Assembly: GCA_000092065.1 (NCBI GenBank)
Contig: CP000595.1
Strand: one strand, 5' to 3'
Length of the DNA: 64,000 bases
Source: Ostreococcus lucimarinus
Taxonomy: Eukaryota
Shown here in pieces: positions 39,043 to 48,757 of the stretch. Under the pieces are notes generated by a model. The model was not told where the DNA came from, did no database searches, and saw only the letters and a list, made by a program, of their open reading frames with translations. Made by a program: the position numbers and the translations under genes. Position 1 is the first letter of the stretch. The number at the start of each line of letters is the position of its first letter.

Positions 39043-39575
39043 CGATGGCGACGGCGCGCGCGACGGCGCGCGCCGACGCGCGCGTCTCGCCCTCGCGCGC
39101 GCGCCGCGCGACGCGCGCGACGGCGACGACGCGCGGCGCGCCGGACGATTCCCGCGCGTTGGCGCCGACCGCGACGTTCGCGACGACGACCGCGTCGACG
39201 CGCGACGACGCCGTCTCGCGCGCCGCCGACGCGCTCGCGAGCGTCGACGCCGCGACGTGCGCGACGGCGCTCGCGCTCGCGTTCGTCACCGCGCGGTGGC
39301 GCGCGGCGACGCGAGAGCGGAGACGCTGGCGCGACGAGGCGCGACGACTCGACGAGGCGAACCAAGAGCTCGAGTGGCGACTCCGCGTCGCCACCGCGGA
39401 GAGCGACGGCGCGGACGACCTTCGCCGTCGTCGATCGACGCCGCGAGCGAGGCCCGCGAGCGCGCCCGCGACGTCGCCGCCGACGGACGCGCGCGACGTC
39501 CTCGTCGACGGTTTGCGCGCCGAGACCGAGGCGCTGCGCGCGGCGCTCGCGCAGGCGCGCGCCGCGCAGAAGTAG
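39043..39575 (+). CDS. Possible small TM plus coiled-coil protein in the unusually long (~880 bp) PAGM-RPL4 intergenic interval
   Basis: Part of track ORF 38454..39575, from ATG ~39043: ...DAATCATALALAFVTARWRAATRERRRWRDEARRLDEANQELEWRLRVATAES...LRAETEALRAALAQARAAQK*. Composition is borderline; it may be a GC-rich artefact. Confidence 0.2.
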
Positions 39576-39797
39576 AGCCGTAGCTTAGTCGAAAATGTAG
39601 ACACCGGACGCGCGTTCGGACGTCGATCGCGACGCGTCCGACCGCGGCGTCGTCTCGCGCGCGTCGAGTGAAATAAAACGCCCGCCTCACTGAAAACGCA
39701 TACGTAACATGTGACCAAATCGGGACGGGTTTTCGTGACCGGCGCGCGCGCCAAAGCCCTAACGCGCGTGCGCGATCGGCCTTTCGCGACGCGCACG

Positions 39798-41288
39798 ATG
39801 CCCGCCGCGCTCCCCGTGGTCTCCGTCCAAGGCGGCAACGGCGCCACGAGCGCCCTGCCCGAAGTCTTCCTCTCCCCGATTCGTCCGGACATCGTCAACG
39901 CCGTGCACACGGGGCTGAACAAGAACAACCGTCAGGTGCGGCGGAGCGCGACGCGACCGCGCGATGCGAACGAGGGCGACGCGTGGACGCGCGCGCGACG
40001 CGAACGAGGGCGCGGGAACGAGAGAGCGACGACTGACGAATGTGCGCGCGTCGTTTTTGCGATCGCGATAGGCGTATGCGGTGTACAACCGAGCTGGGTG
40101 CGTCGACGACGCGAACGCGCGATCCATCGCGACCTCGGCGGGCGTCTGAACCCTCACCAGAGAGGGTTTCGGAGGCGCGCGACGACGACGACGGCGCGGC
40201 GCGGTGCGAGCGAACTCGAACGAGAGACTGACGAAAGATCGATTTAAACGAACAGGCACCAAACTGCGGCTGAATCCTGGGGTACCGGTCGCGCCGTGTC
40301 TCGTATTCCGCGCGTTCCGGGCGGCGGTACGCACCGCGCCGGTCAAGGGGCGTTCGGGAACATGTGCCGCGGCGGTCGCATGTTCGCGCCGACCAAGGTG
40401 TGGCGCCGCTGGCACCGACGCGTGAACTTGAAGGAGAAGCGATATGCGGTGTGCTCTGCGCTCGCGGCGTCCGCCGTGCCGGCGCTTTTGCTCGCGCGCG
40501 GTCACCGCGTCGAGGGCGTTCCGGAGGTGCCGCTCGTCGTCGACGACAGCGCGAGCTCCATCAAGAAGACGGCCAAGGCGGTTGAATTGTTGAAGCAACT
40601 CGGTGCGTACGCGGACGTCGAAAAGGTCAAGGCGAGCCGTAACATTCGTTCCGGTAAGGGTAAGATGCGTAACCGTCGTTACGTCCAACGCCGAGGCCCG
40701 CTCGTGGTGTACTCTGAGGACAACGGCGTCACGCGCGCGTTCCGCAACATTCCGGGTGTGGAATTGTGCTCCGTCGACCGCCTCGGTTTGCTCACGCTCG
40801 CCCCGGGTGGACACGTCGGCCGATTCATCATCTGGACCAAGAGTGCCTTCGACAAGCTCGACTCCATCTTTGGCACTGCGTCCAAGAAGAGCGCGTCCAA
40901 GAAGGGCTGGAAGCCGCCGACGAACATCATGGCGCAAACCGACTTGGCGCGTCTCATCAACTCTGATGAAGTTCAAAGCGCCGTCAACGCGCCGAAGGTT
41001 GGTGCTACGCGCGCGCACGCGCCGCTCAAGCGCAACCCGCTCAAGAACAAGTCCGCCATGGAACGCCTCAACCCGTACGCCAAGGTCGCTCGCGAGATGC
41101 AAGCTCGCGCGCAGGAGGAGCGCTCCAAGGCTAAGGCGAAGAAGAGCGCCACTGCGCGCTCGGCGGTTGGCCAAAAGTTCTACGAATCCATGAAGGTGGA
41201 CTCCAACTACGAAGGCGAACTTTTCGAAGATTTCGACGACTGGCTCACCCGCGGCGCGCCCGTGGTGCAAGGCGGCGACGACGAATAA
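39798..41288 (+). CDS. RPL4: 60S ribosomal protein L4 (uL4); three exons (39798..39935, 40072..40097, 40256..41288) including a 26-nt micro-exon
   Basis: Exon 1 reads [46 protein letters not shown] followed by GTGCGG. The micro-exon GCGTATGCGGTGTACAACCGAGCTGG (AYAVYNRAG) is flanked by AG and GTGCGT. Exon 3 begins ...[54 protein letters not shown].... Both introns contain [CA]GACTGACG 27-38 nt before the AG. The total is 1197 nt (398 aa), matching canonical RPL4 ([26 protein letters not shown]). Confidence 0.85.
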
Positions 41289-41497
41289 GCGTCTTAGCAA
41301 CGGACCATTTAGCTCGTTTGTCATTACGAACACACACCCTAATGACCCTAATGAAATTAAGAAACAGTCGCCAGCAGGCTGTGCGACCGCGCTACTTTGA
41401 CTAACTCTCTAGATTATGCTACAAAAACCGTGCTACTACTAATCGCGGCGAGAAGACGGCTCAACTTCTCATCGCTCTATAACAAACGACGCGTTTG

Positions 41498-44400
41498 TCA
41501 TCGGCGTTCGCGCCCCGGTAGCGCGCGAACGCTCGATCCGAGTGCGCGTGAGAGTGCCCTGAGCGCCGACGCCACGGAGGCGCTGGATGAGGATGTTTTC
41601 ATCGCCTCGGGATCGAGCAGGAACGTCACCGCGGCTTCGATGTGTTCGACGCGCCGCGATACTTCGTCGCGCGCGCGATCATCGGTGGATGAAGCGCACT
41701 GCGCGAGGAATTTCGTCGCCGCGACGAGAAGTGCCCGCCCGCGTTCGCTCGCGCTTTCTTCCACGTAGAACGCGTTCGGCGCGAGCGCCGGCGTCGACGA
41801 TGGGTCACCCCAACGCACGTCGCCGAGATCACACGACTCGCGAACGACGGCGGTTTCCGGAAGCGGCGCGAGCGCGTCGCTCAATGCGCGTTCCGCCTCT
41901 TTGCGCTCGAGAGCGACGGATTTGTCGTTCAGCTTTTGCGCCGTGGCGAGCACTGCCTTCAATCGCTCAATCTCAAGCGCGCGAGGCGAGCGATCTTTCG
42001 ATTTTGAGAACAAATTGACCGACACTTGATTCTGCTCTCGACTCGCCGGCGACGCCAGAGCGGCGCGAACGAGAAACGATACCGATGCCGCGGCGTACGC
42101 TCGCGTCACGCGCCACACGGCGTTTGAATTCAACGCCGCGTCGAGCAAAATCGTTCTGTCCTGAACGTTCGGCGCGGTTCCGGTCACGGCGACAGAGATT
42201 GATGTGGGTACGTTCGTCACCGGTCTCCGCGGCTCCTGCGGCAAATCTTGCGCGCGCGCTCCGGGAAACGGAAAGCGCGCGCGAGTCGACGACGGTTTTT
42301 GCAGCGGTCGAGGATGAGGTTGCAATCGCTCCTGACGTTTTCGCTGCTTTGACACCGTCGTCGTCGTCGTCGTCGTCGAAGACGAGGTCGCGGATTTGTT
42401 CTCGACCTCGCGCGCCGCTCGTCGACCCCCAAATAGCGGGACCAAAATATCCGTCAACACTGCGGCGACGCTCGCCGTGGCGTGATGGTCGCCCGATCTC
42501 GTCGAGTCCGTGGCCTCGTGCACCATGACGATGAGCGGAAAGGCCATCGAACTCAACAACATAGAAGGCGCGATGGCGTGGCTTTCGTCTTCGTCGTTCG
42601 TCATCAAGTCGCACATGAATTCGACCGACGTGATGACTCGTCTCGCCGCGCACTTTTGCGGCGCTCTGAGCGCAGAGAGGACAAAGTGTGGAAGATACCG
42701 CCTCATCGCAACATCGCCGACGACGCCGAATGGTTTGTTACCGATTCCCTGTAACGCTTTCGCGAGGGATTCGACGAGCGAGCGCTCGCGCGCGCGTGAA
42801 TTTGGAGTCCCAGTGATGGCTTCGAGGACGCCGAACGTGGCGATGGCGAGCTGTCGCTGTGTCACCGCAAGGACGCGCTCGTTTGAATCTCTCTGCGCCG
42901 TCTTCATCGCGTCATCGATGGCGCACAAATGCGCGCGAAAGACGTCTCGCTCGGACGCTTCCAAGTTCGTCGCCAGGAGCTCACCCAGAGGCGAACGTTC
43001 GTTTCTCGAACCCCAAAACCACGCCGTCGACGGAGGCGAGGGCGAAAGACGAGGAAGCGCGAACGTCGTGTCTTGATCACGAATATTTTCCGCCGACTGC
43101 GTGTCGGCGAGAAGAATTATCGAGGCACAATGTGTGGCCATCTCTCGAACTAAAGCGCCAATGATGCGCGCGTACGGCGCGTTTGACTCGTGTGAGCCGT
43201 CGCGTGCTCGAGTTTGCCGCTTGTACAGCCCGACACAGTGAGCAGGCAATGCGAGGGCGATGCGACGCATGGTAGAGACTACGCGCACGTCACTTTTCAC
43301 ATCCGGCTTGTTGAGCTCTTTCGTCACCAGTGTTGCGACCGCAGCGCGAAAAATACCCTCTTTCGATGTCAAGAGCGCTCCCGGTCGCTCGCCGGCGGCG
43401 ACGACGTGAGATTCGCCGCCAATCTTCGTTTTCCCGCGTAACACCGCCGCAACGGCGGCGCCTCCTTTAGATTGCGACCAACCTACGGTCGGTACTGGAG
43501 AGGCTTGTTGATTCATTGTCAAAAGCTCGCTTCGCGCGCACAACGCAACGGCCAGCGGCGCGGCGCCGCCGGCGACAGAGTCCGCCGCAAACGCCAACCA
43601 CGAGCACAACGTTAAGTCGAAGTCTTTCAAACCGTACTTATCCGAAAATGAACCAGGAGAATATATCGTTGCGAGAGACCTTGACGTGAACACGCGCTCT
43701 CGCCAATCACTTGACAGCGCACGCTTGTCAAGCGCGCCCAGAGTTTCGAGCCCCTCGTTTCTGCATTCGGTGGCGGCGCAGCCGAGTACAGCGAACGCCG
43801 TGGCCCATGCCGCGGACGCTTCGGCGATCACCGCTCCGTCGGCAAACGCGTGAGTGGTCCCTGGTATCGATGGTTCGAGCGCTCCCGTCATTTTTTGACA
43901 GTCGGCCAACGTTGTCATTGCTCGAACTGCTTCCTCTGCTGGTTTCGCTCGGCCCCATTCGCTGCTCGTCGCCCCGCGAGCAAGCCAAATTCCGAGGCAT
44001 GTCGTCACAGCGCGCAGTAAGATGCACCGGGGTGCGGGGTCGTCTCTACAATTGATCTGCGATGCGAGCGAGGTGAAGATTTGCTTCAAGCAAAGCATGG
44101 CTTGATCATCCAGAGAAGATTGCGCGCAAGCGCGAAACAGTTCGATGTGGACGCTTGCGCGATGCTGGAGACGCAGCGCCGCTGGAGACAAAGGGAAGGT
44201 GTGTCCTCCCAATGCCCTGAATTCATTGTCGCTATTCTTGTACGCACACACTTCATCCGTGATTTTGCTCAAGCGAGCGTCGGGAAGCCATTTGCCGAGC
44301 TCGCGGCGTAAAACCTTGTGCTCGCACGCGCACTTTGCGAGATGATCGCCGAGCGCGCGATACAACGCCTCACACGCCGTACCAGTCACGAACCGAGCGT

Positions 44401-46324
44401 TTGCAGCTTTGAAGGACTCATCATACGGTCGCCACACCAAGGGCATGCACGCTTGACAACACGCAGCGGACTTTCGTGCCGTCAAGCGCCAGTCTTGCGC
44501 GGCGCCTGAATTCACACTCGCGCCGTGAACGAGTTTCCACAGCACTCGCACTGGATGTCTATCCGCCGTGCATCGCGGCCACCACGCGACAAGCTCTGCG
44601 ATGCGCTCGCAAATCGCTTGCGTATACTCTTCCTGGCTGAAGTGTGTAGGCGGCACGATCCCGCTCTTGGGCTCTACTGGAAAGCTCGCGACGCGAGATT
44701 CGTCCAACAACCAACCGACGACAGCCCACGCCTGCGTTGCCCAATCCGTGCCCACTGCGTGTTCGAGTTGATAACCTTTGCTGTACCACAGCTTTGCGGC
44801 GATAAAGGTAAGTTCCCACGCCACCTCGAGCGATCTTGCGTGACTGCTGTCGTCGAGAAGCGTGTCTCGCTCGAGCTTGGCAGCCTTTCTAATCGTCTCG
44901 CGTTCGGCCTCCACCAATTTCGGTAAAGTCTCTCGAAGTCCCGTCCAAAGTCCATCAGCACGCTCGAGAAGTGCCATCGCGTGTCCCCAACCGTCTATTT
45001 CGTCCAGCGTCATCTCATTCGAGTCGCCTGGCGTTCGCGCTGATGCGCCGACGCGACCCACGCTCCGGCGACTGACGAAATCCTTCATCGCCTTTTCGAG
45101 CACGCGCAAGCCTTCTACTTTTGCTTCTTCCACCGCCGCAGTCCACTCCAAATCGTCGTCGTTGGAGCGTTCGAATGCAGCCAGCGTGGTGTTGTCAGCC
45201 GTCGTCGTCGGAGCTCGATCGCCGAAGACACGATGATCGAATTTCCACGGCGCCGCCGCCTTCGTGAACACCGTCGTAATTCGAGGTTGCGTCGAGTTGT
45301 CGCGAGCGAGCGCCGACTTGTTTATCTCCCCAAACGTCTGCGTCCGCCGTCCCGTCGAGTTGTCGCGCACCAACAGCACCGTCGGACTCACCGCCTCGCT
45401 CGGCGGAACGGCGCGACGCCGTCTCGCCGGCGACGCCTCAACTTCTCCGACGACGACGACGCCCGGTGACTCGCTTTCACGCACCGGCGAAGACGCGTGA
45501 TCATGTGCCTCGTTCTCATCGTCATCGTCATCGTCATCAAAATCATCTTCATCCCACGAAACCGCCGGTCCTCGGCTCAAAACGTCCTCCACCGATTTTC
45601 CAAACGCCGTTCGTCTCACCATCCCTCGCTTCCCCTTACCGAATCGCTCGTTCACCACGTCCGCCACAGCGAACGATTTCACCCCTCGCGTCCGATCTTG
45701 ACTCGATTCGCTGTGCAACGACACCTCACCGTCTGATATTTCAAATCCTTCCTCGTCCTCGTCGGCGGCGCGTTCGATTTCGTCGTCGCGTTCGCTCGCC
45801 GACCCATCATCCGTTCGTCCTCGCCCATTCGCCCGCGATCGATGCGCATCGATGAGCATGGTCGTGAGCGCGCCTCTCGACGCGTCGTCGTCGTCGTCCG
45901 CGTCCGTGTCGCTCGCCGCGACTTTCCAACGCGCCGCGGCGTCGTCGTCGGCGTCAGCATCGTCCCATTCGTCCCTCACGCGCCGTCGTTTCGCGTCCTC
46001 GCGCCCGCGCGCATCGTCGACCGCGTCGGCGAGGAACGCCTCGACGTCGCGCGCGTCGATTTCGGCGCTCGCGCGCGCGTTCGTCGCGTCGCGAAGCGGT
46101 TTTTCGCCGTCGCGGTGCCGCCGCGACGACGACGACGCGACGGCGCCGCCGACGCGCGCGTCCGCGCGCGCGCGCGAGGACATCGACGACGACGCGCTGG
46201 ACGCGTTCGTCGCGCGTCGCCGCGAGCGACTCGCGAGCGAGGCGCGGTTTGAGGACGGACGGGCGCGGCGGGGACGCGGCGACAGCTCGGCGGCGTTTGA
46301 ATCGCGGCGGCGAACGCGCGACAT
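41498..46324 (-). CDS. Large (1608 aa) hypothetical protein, acidic disordered N-terminal 400 aa followed by a long helical-repeat-like body
   Basis: Single ORF with a true ATG at 46324. Body is non-repetitive (…WELTFIAAKLWYSKGYQLEHAVGTDWATQAWAVVGWLLDE… LCLKQIFTSLASQINCRDDP…). I cannot assign a family from sequence alone. Confidence 0.55.
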   Translation of the reverse strand: MSRVRRRDSNAAELSPRPRRARPSSNRASLASRSRRRATNASSASSSMSSRARADARVGGAVASSSSRRHRDGEKPLRDATNARASAEIDARDVEAFLADAVDDARGREDAKRRRVRDEWDDADADDDAAARWKVAASDTDADDDDDASRGALTTMLIDAHRSRANGRGRTDDGSASERDDEIERAADEDEEGFEISDGEVSLHSESSQDRTRGVKSFAVADVVNERFGKGKRGMVRRTAFGKSVEDVLSRGPAVSWDEDDFDDDDDDDENEAHDHASSPVRESESPGVVVVGEVEASPARRRRAVPPSEAVSPTVLLVRDNSTGRRTQTFGEINKSALARDNSTQPRITTVFTKAAAPWKFDHRVFGDRAPTTTADNTTLAAFERSNDDDLEWTAAVEEAKVEGLRVLEKAMKDFVSRRSVGRVGASARTPGDSNEMTLDEIDGWGHAMALLERADGLWTGLRETLPKLVEAERETIRKAAKLERDTLLDDSSHARSLEVAWELTFIAAKLWYSKGYQLEHAVGTDWATQAWAVVGWLLDESRVASFPVEPKSGIVPPTHFSQEEYTQAICERIAELVAWWPRCTADRHPVRVLWKLVHGASVNSGAAQDWRLTARKSAACCQACMPLVWRPYDESFKAANARFVTGTACEALYRALGDHLAKCACEHKVLRRELGKWLPDARLSKITDEVCAYKNSDNEFRALGGHTFPLSPAALRLQHRASVHIELFRACAQSSLDDQAMLCLKQIFTSLASQINCRDDPAPRCILLRAVTTCLGIWLARGATSSEWGRAKPAEEAVRAMTTLADCQKMTGALEPSIPGTTHAFADGAVIAEASAAWATAFAVLGCAATECRNEGLETLGALDKRALSSDWRERVFTSRSLATIYSPGSFSDKYGLKDFDLTLCSWLAFAADSVAGGAAPLAVALCARSELLTMNQQASPVPTVGWSQSKGGAAVAAVLRGKTKIGGESHVVAAGERPGALLTSKEGIFRAAVATLVTKELNKPDVKSDVRVVSTMRRIALALPAHCVGLYKRQTRARDGSHESNAPYARIIGALVREMATHCASIILLADTQSAENIRDQDTTFALPRLSPSPPSTAWFWGSRNERSPLGELLATNLEASERDVFRAHLCAIDDAMKTAQRDSNERVLAVTQRQLAIATFGVLEAITGTPNSRARERSLVESLAKALQGIGNKPFGVVGDVAMRRYLPHFVLSALRAPQKCAARRVITSVEFMCDLMTNDEDESHAIAPSMLLSSMAFPLIVMVHEATDSTRSGDHHATASVAAVLTDILVPLFGGRRAAREVENKSATSSSTTTTTTTVSKQRKRQERLQPHPRPLQKPSSTRARFPFPGARAQDLPQEPRRPVTNVPTSISVAVTGTAPNVQDRTILLDAALNSNAVWRVTRAYAAASVSFLVRAALASPASREQNQVSVNLFSKSKDRSPRALEIERLKAVLATAQKLNDKSVALERKEAERALSDALAPLPETAVVRESCDLGDVRWGDPSSTPALAPNAFYVEESASERGRALLVAATKFLAQCASSTDDRARDEVSRRVEHIEAAVTFLLDPEAMKTSSSSASVASALRALSRALGSSVRALPGRERR

Positions 46325-46477
46325 CGAGACGCGCGCTGTGCGCGCGAATGGACGCGACCTTGCGCGGGATCGGGTACAGAAACTTTGCGGTGCGTCCTGG
46401 ATGTGCGATGGCGCGCGCGATGGCTGGGTGTTGATGATACATGAGGGACGCGTCGCGCGGCGCGTGGCGCGCGCGAA

Positions 46478-48652
46478 TCAAAAGACGAAACCGCCGAGGA
46501 TGATGAGCACGGGCCCGATCACGGGGAGGCGCTGCTGGATGCGTTCGAGTAAATCGTCGTCATCATCGTCGTCGCGAGATCTCCTCGCGACGGTGCGGGA
46601 AGGCTTCGATTTGGGTTGGGGTTTGGACTTGGCCGGACGCGCCGCGACTTTCGTAGTCGGCTTGGCGTGGCGCGCGGGCTTGGGTTTCGGTGCGCTCTTA
46701 CGCGCTGGCTTGCGGGTGTCGGCTGGGCGACGATTGAGCCTGGGCATTCGCGCAGCGGCGCGGGTGAAACCACCGATTCCAGCGAGCGCGCCGCCTTGTT
46801 TGCGATCGATCGCTGCTGCGCCTTCGAGTCCGCCTTGACGCTTGGTCAGATAGCGGCGCCACACCGAGGCTTCGCGCCACGCGCACTCGGCGTGGGATAA
46901 ACTCAACATGAAGACCAATTGTGTCGCCGCACGGACCTCGCGGAAGTTCATCGTGACTCTGTTCGTCGGTGGAGCCAAGGTGAAGCTTAAAATACTCGCG
47001 ACAATGAGCGCCAACGCGCCGTTCTCCGCGTGCACCTCGCCCGTGGACATGAGCTCTATGGAAGCCAAGATGGCGAGGGCGTTCGTCGCAGGGTGCAATC
47101 GTCGCAGGATGCCGTTCACCCACGGAAATGCGTCGAGGAAGACGTCGTGGTTGATCATTCCATAGTGTTCGTGCGGAGCGCCGACGATGGCACCGCCTGG
47201 AATCGGCCACAAAGCGCCAATGAACGTCGCCAAACTCAGCGGCGGAACGATGGCGGCGGCGGCGTTGGCGATGACGCCTCGCGCACTATCAGTGTCGGTT
47301 CTTCCCATGGAGGCTAGGGTGGCGGGAAGCAGCAATGGTGCGGCACGACGAGCGATGGCTTGGGGAATCGCCACGCGTCGCATAAACTCTTCGCCGAGCT
47401 TCGCAGAGAGCGACAAGACGACACTGTGCGCCGCTTGAATACCGGCGTTGGCACACAGCGCCACAATGGCGAGTTTTGCACCACCACCGTGCGCTTTCTC
47501 GACACGCGCGCTATCTAAAGACTTCATGAACGCCTTTACGTGTCCAACCGCCACGGCTAAGCGATACATCTTCGCCCCGAATCCTCGTTTGGCGTTGAGC
47601 ACTTTGTTGATGCCCTTTTCGTGTTGGCGGCGACGAATGAGCGTGTCCTCACCCGCCGCCCAAGCCGCGGCGCGACGCATCTGCTGCTCTAAATTTTTCC
47701 GCGTGCGTGCGCTCGCGGGCGAATTCGGGGGAATCCTCGTTCCGAGCGGCGTGCGCACGGGCGAAGGAGACCACGGCGCTGGCGATCTCGTCGACGCGCT
47801 CGACGTCGGCGACACGAACGGCTCGCTCTGCTCCGGCGACGCCACGCGCGCGAATCGAACATCTTGCTGCACCTCATCGCGCGCTTCGTCTCTACGATCG
47901 GCGACGGGAAATGACCATGAATCTTCCTTCTTCGCCTTCACCGCGACTTTCTCGCGCGGCGGCGGCGAAGGTTTCTTCGGCGTCGAATACGAAGCCTCTG
48001 AAAAATTTGGCGACGCCGCGGCAAACGACGCCTCGGGTACCGCCACCGGCGCCACCGGCGCCGTCGCCCCGACGCCCACACGCGTCGTTTCAATCCCGAT
48101 CTCTTTCTCGCGCCAATTGAAATCGTACTCCATCGCCTCCTTTCGCCTCGCCTCTCGCGTCCCGACGTCCGCCGGCGCCGCGACGTTCCCGGCCGCCAAG
48201 GTCCCGATCGCCCCGATGCTCGTCACCACGTCCCGCACCGGGCTCCCACTTTCGGGCGCGTCCCAGTGATTCGCGTACCCGTGATTGAACGTCGTCTTCG
48301 GCTCGTACCGCGTCGCATCACCGATCGTACCGCCGCCGCCGCGTCCAGCCGCGTCTCGCCGCAACTGCTCCAAAAACGTAAACTGCGCCCCATCGCTCGT
48401 CGGTGACGACGTTTCGAACCGCGTGTGCGTCGTGGGTTTGTAATCAAACGTTCTCGACGCCGTAGACGCGCTCGGGGAGCTCGACGGGCGCCACGCGCGC
48501 GAATAATCGCTGTCGTTGTTTGTGCCGTTGGAATCCGTCGGAACGCCGCCGACGCGCACGGCGTGAGCGTTCGACGCCGTGTACGGCGACGCGCGATTAC
48601 CCACGTGCGGTTCTCGCACGTTCTCGATAGTCACGTCGTCCGAGGTCGGCAT
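46478..48652 (-). CDS. Hypothetical protein (724 aa) with S/P-rich disordered N-half, conserved-looking helical C-half, basic K/P/A tail and C-terminal hydrophobic tail anchor
   Basis: True ATG at 48652. C-terminus ...RRSRDDDDDDDLLERIQQRLPVIGPVLIILGGFVF* (tail-anchor-like). Mid-region ...GAKMYRLAVAVGHVKAFMKSLDSARVEKAHGGGAKLAIVALCANAGIQAAHSVV... No confident family. Confidence 0.5.
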   Translation of the reverse strand: MPTSDDVTIENVREPHVGNRASPYTASNAHAVRVGGVPTDSNGTNNDSDYSRAWRPSSSPSASTASRTFDYKPTTHTRFETSSPTSDGAQFTFLEQLRRDAAGRGGGGTIGDATRYEPKTTFNHGYANHWDAPESGSPVRDVVTSIGAIGTLAAGNVAAPADVGTREARRKEAMEYDFNWREKEIGIETTRVGVGATAPVAPVAVPEASFAAASPNFSEASYSTPKKPSPPPREKVAVKAKKEDSWSFPVADRRDEARDEVQQDVRFARVASPEQSEPFVSPTSSASTRSPAPWSPSPVRTPLGTRIPPNSPASARTRKNLEQQMRRAAAWAAGEDTLIRRRQHEKGINKVLNAKRGFGAKMYRLAVAVGHVKAFMKSLDSARVEKAHGGGAKLAIVALCANAGIQAAHSVVLSLSAKLGEEFMRRVAIPQAIARRAAPLLLPATLASMGRTDTDSARGVIANAAAAIVPPLSLATFIGALWPIPGGAIVGAPHEHYGMINHDVFLDAFPWVNGILRRLHPATNALAILASIELMSTGEVHAENGALALIVASILSFTLAPPTNRVTMNFREVRAATQLVFMLSLSHAECAWREASVWRRYLTKRQGGLEGAAAIDRKQGGALAGIGGFTRAAARMPRLNRRPADTRKPARKSAPKPKPARHAKPTTKVAARPAKSKPQPKSKPSRTVARRSRDDDDDDDLLERIQQRLPVIGPVLIILGGFVF

Positions 48653-48757
48653 GGCGACGGGCGCGGCGACGAATGACGCGGGGGGACTGAATCAATCCAA
48701 GAATGCAAAATTTGGCGCCGCGAATGAACGCAAAAGGTTTGATTCGACGCGAATGTT

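Noticed and set aside
37199-39928. Taking the full 909-aa track ORF as the PAGM protein (and similar 5' extensions of ORC3, ABC1K, KdsB, HDAC, GMPS, NIPSNAP)
   Set aside because: The extra N-terminal hundreds of codons are R/A/S-rich filler with no ATG context. Family alignments start at internal ATGs, so I trimmed to those. The track also initiates at GTG/TTG.
39759-41333. 524-aa minus-strand ORF
   Set aside because: Antisense to the unmistakable RPL4 coding sequence.
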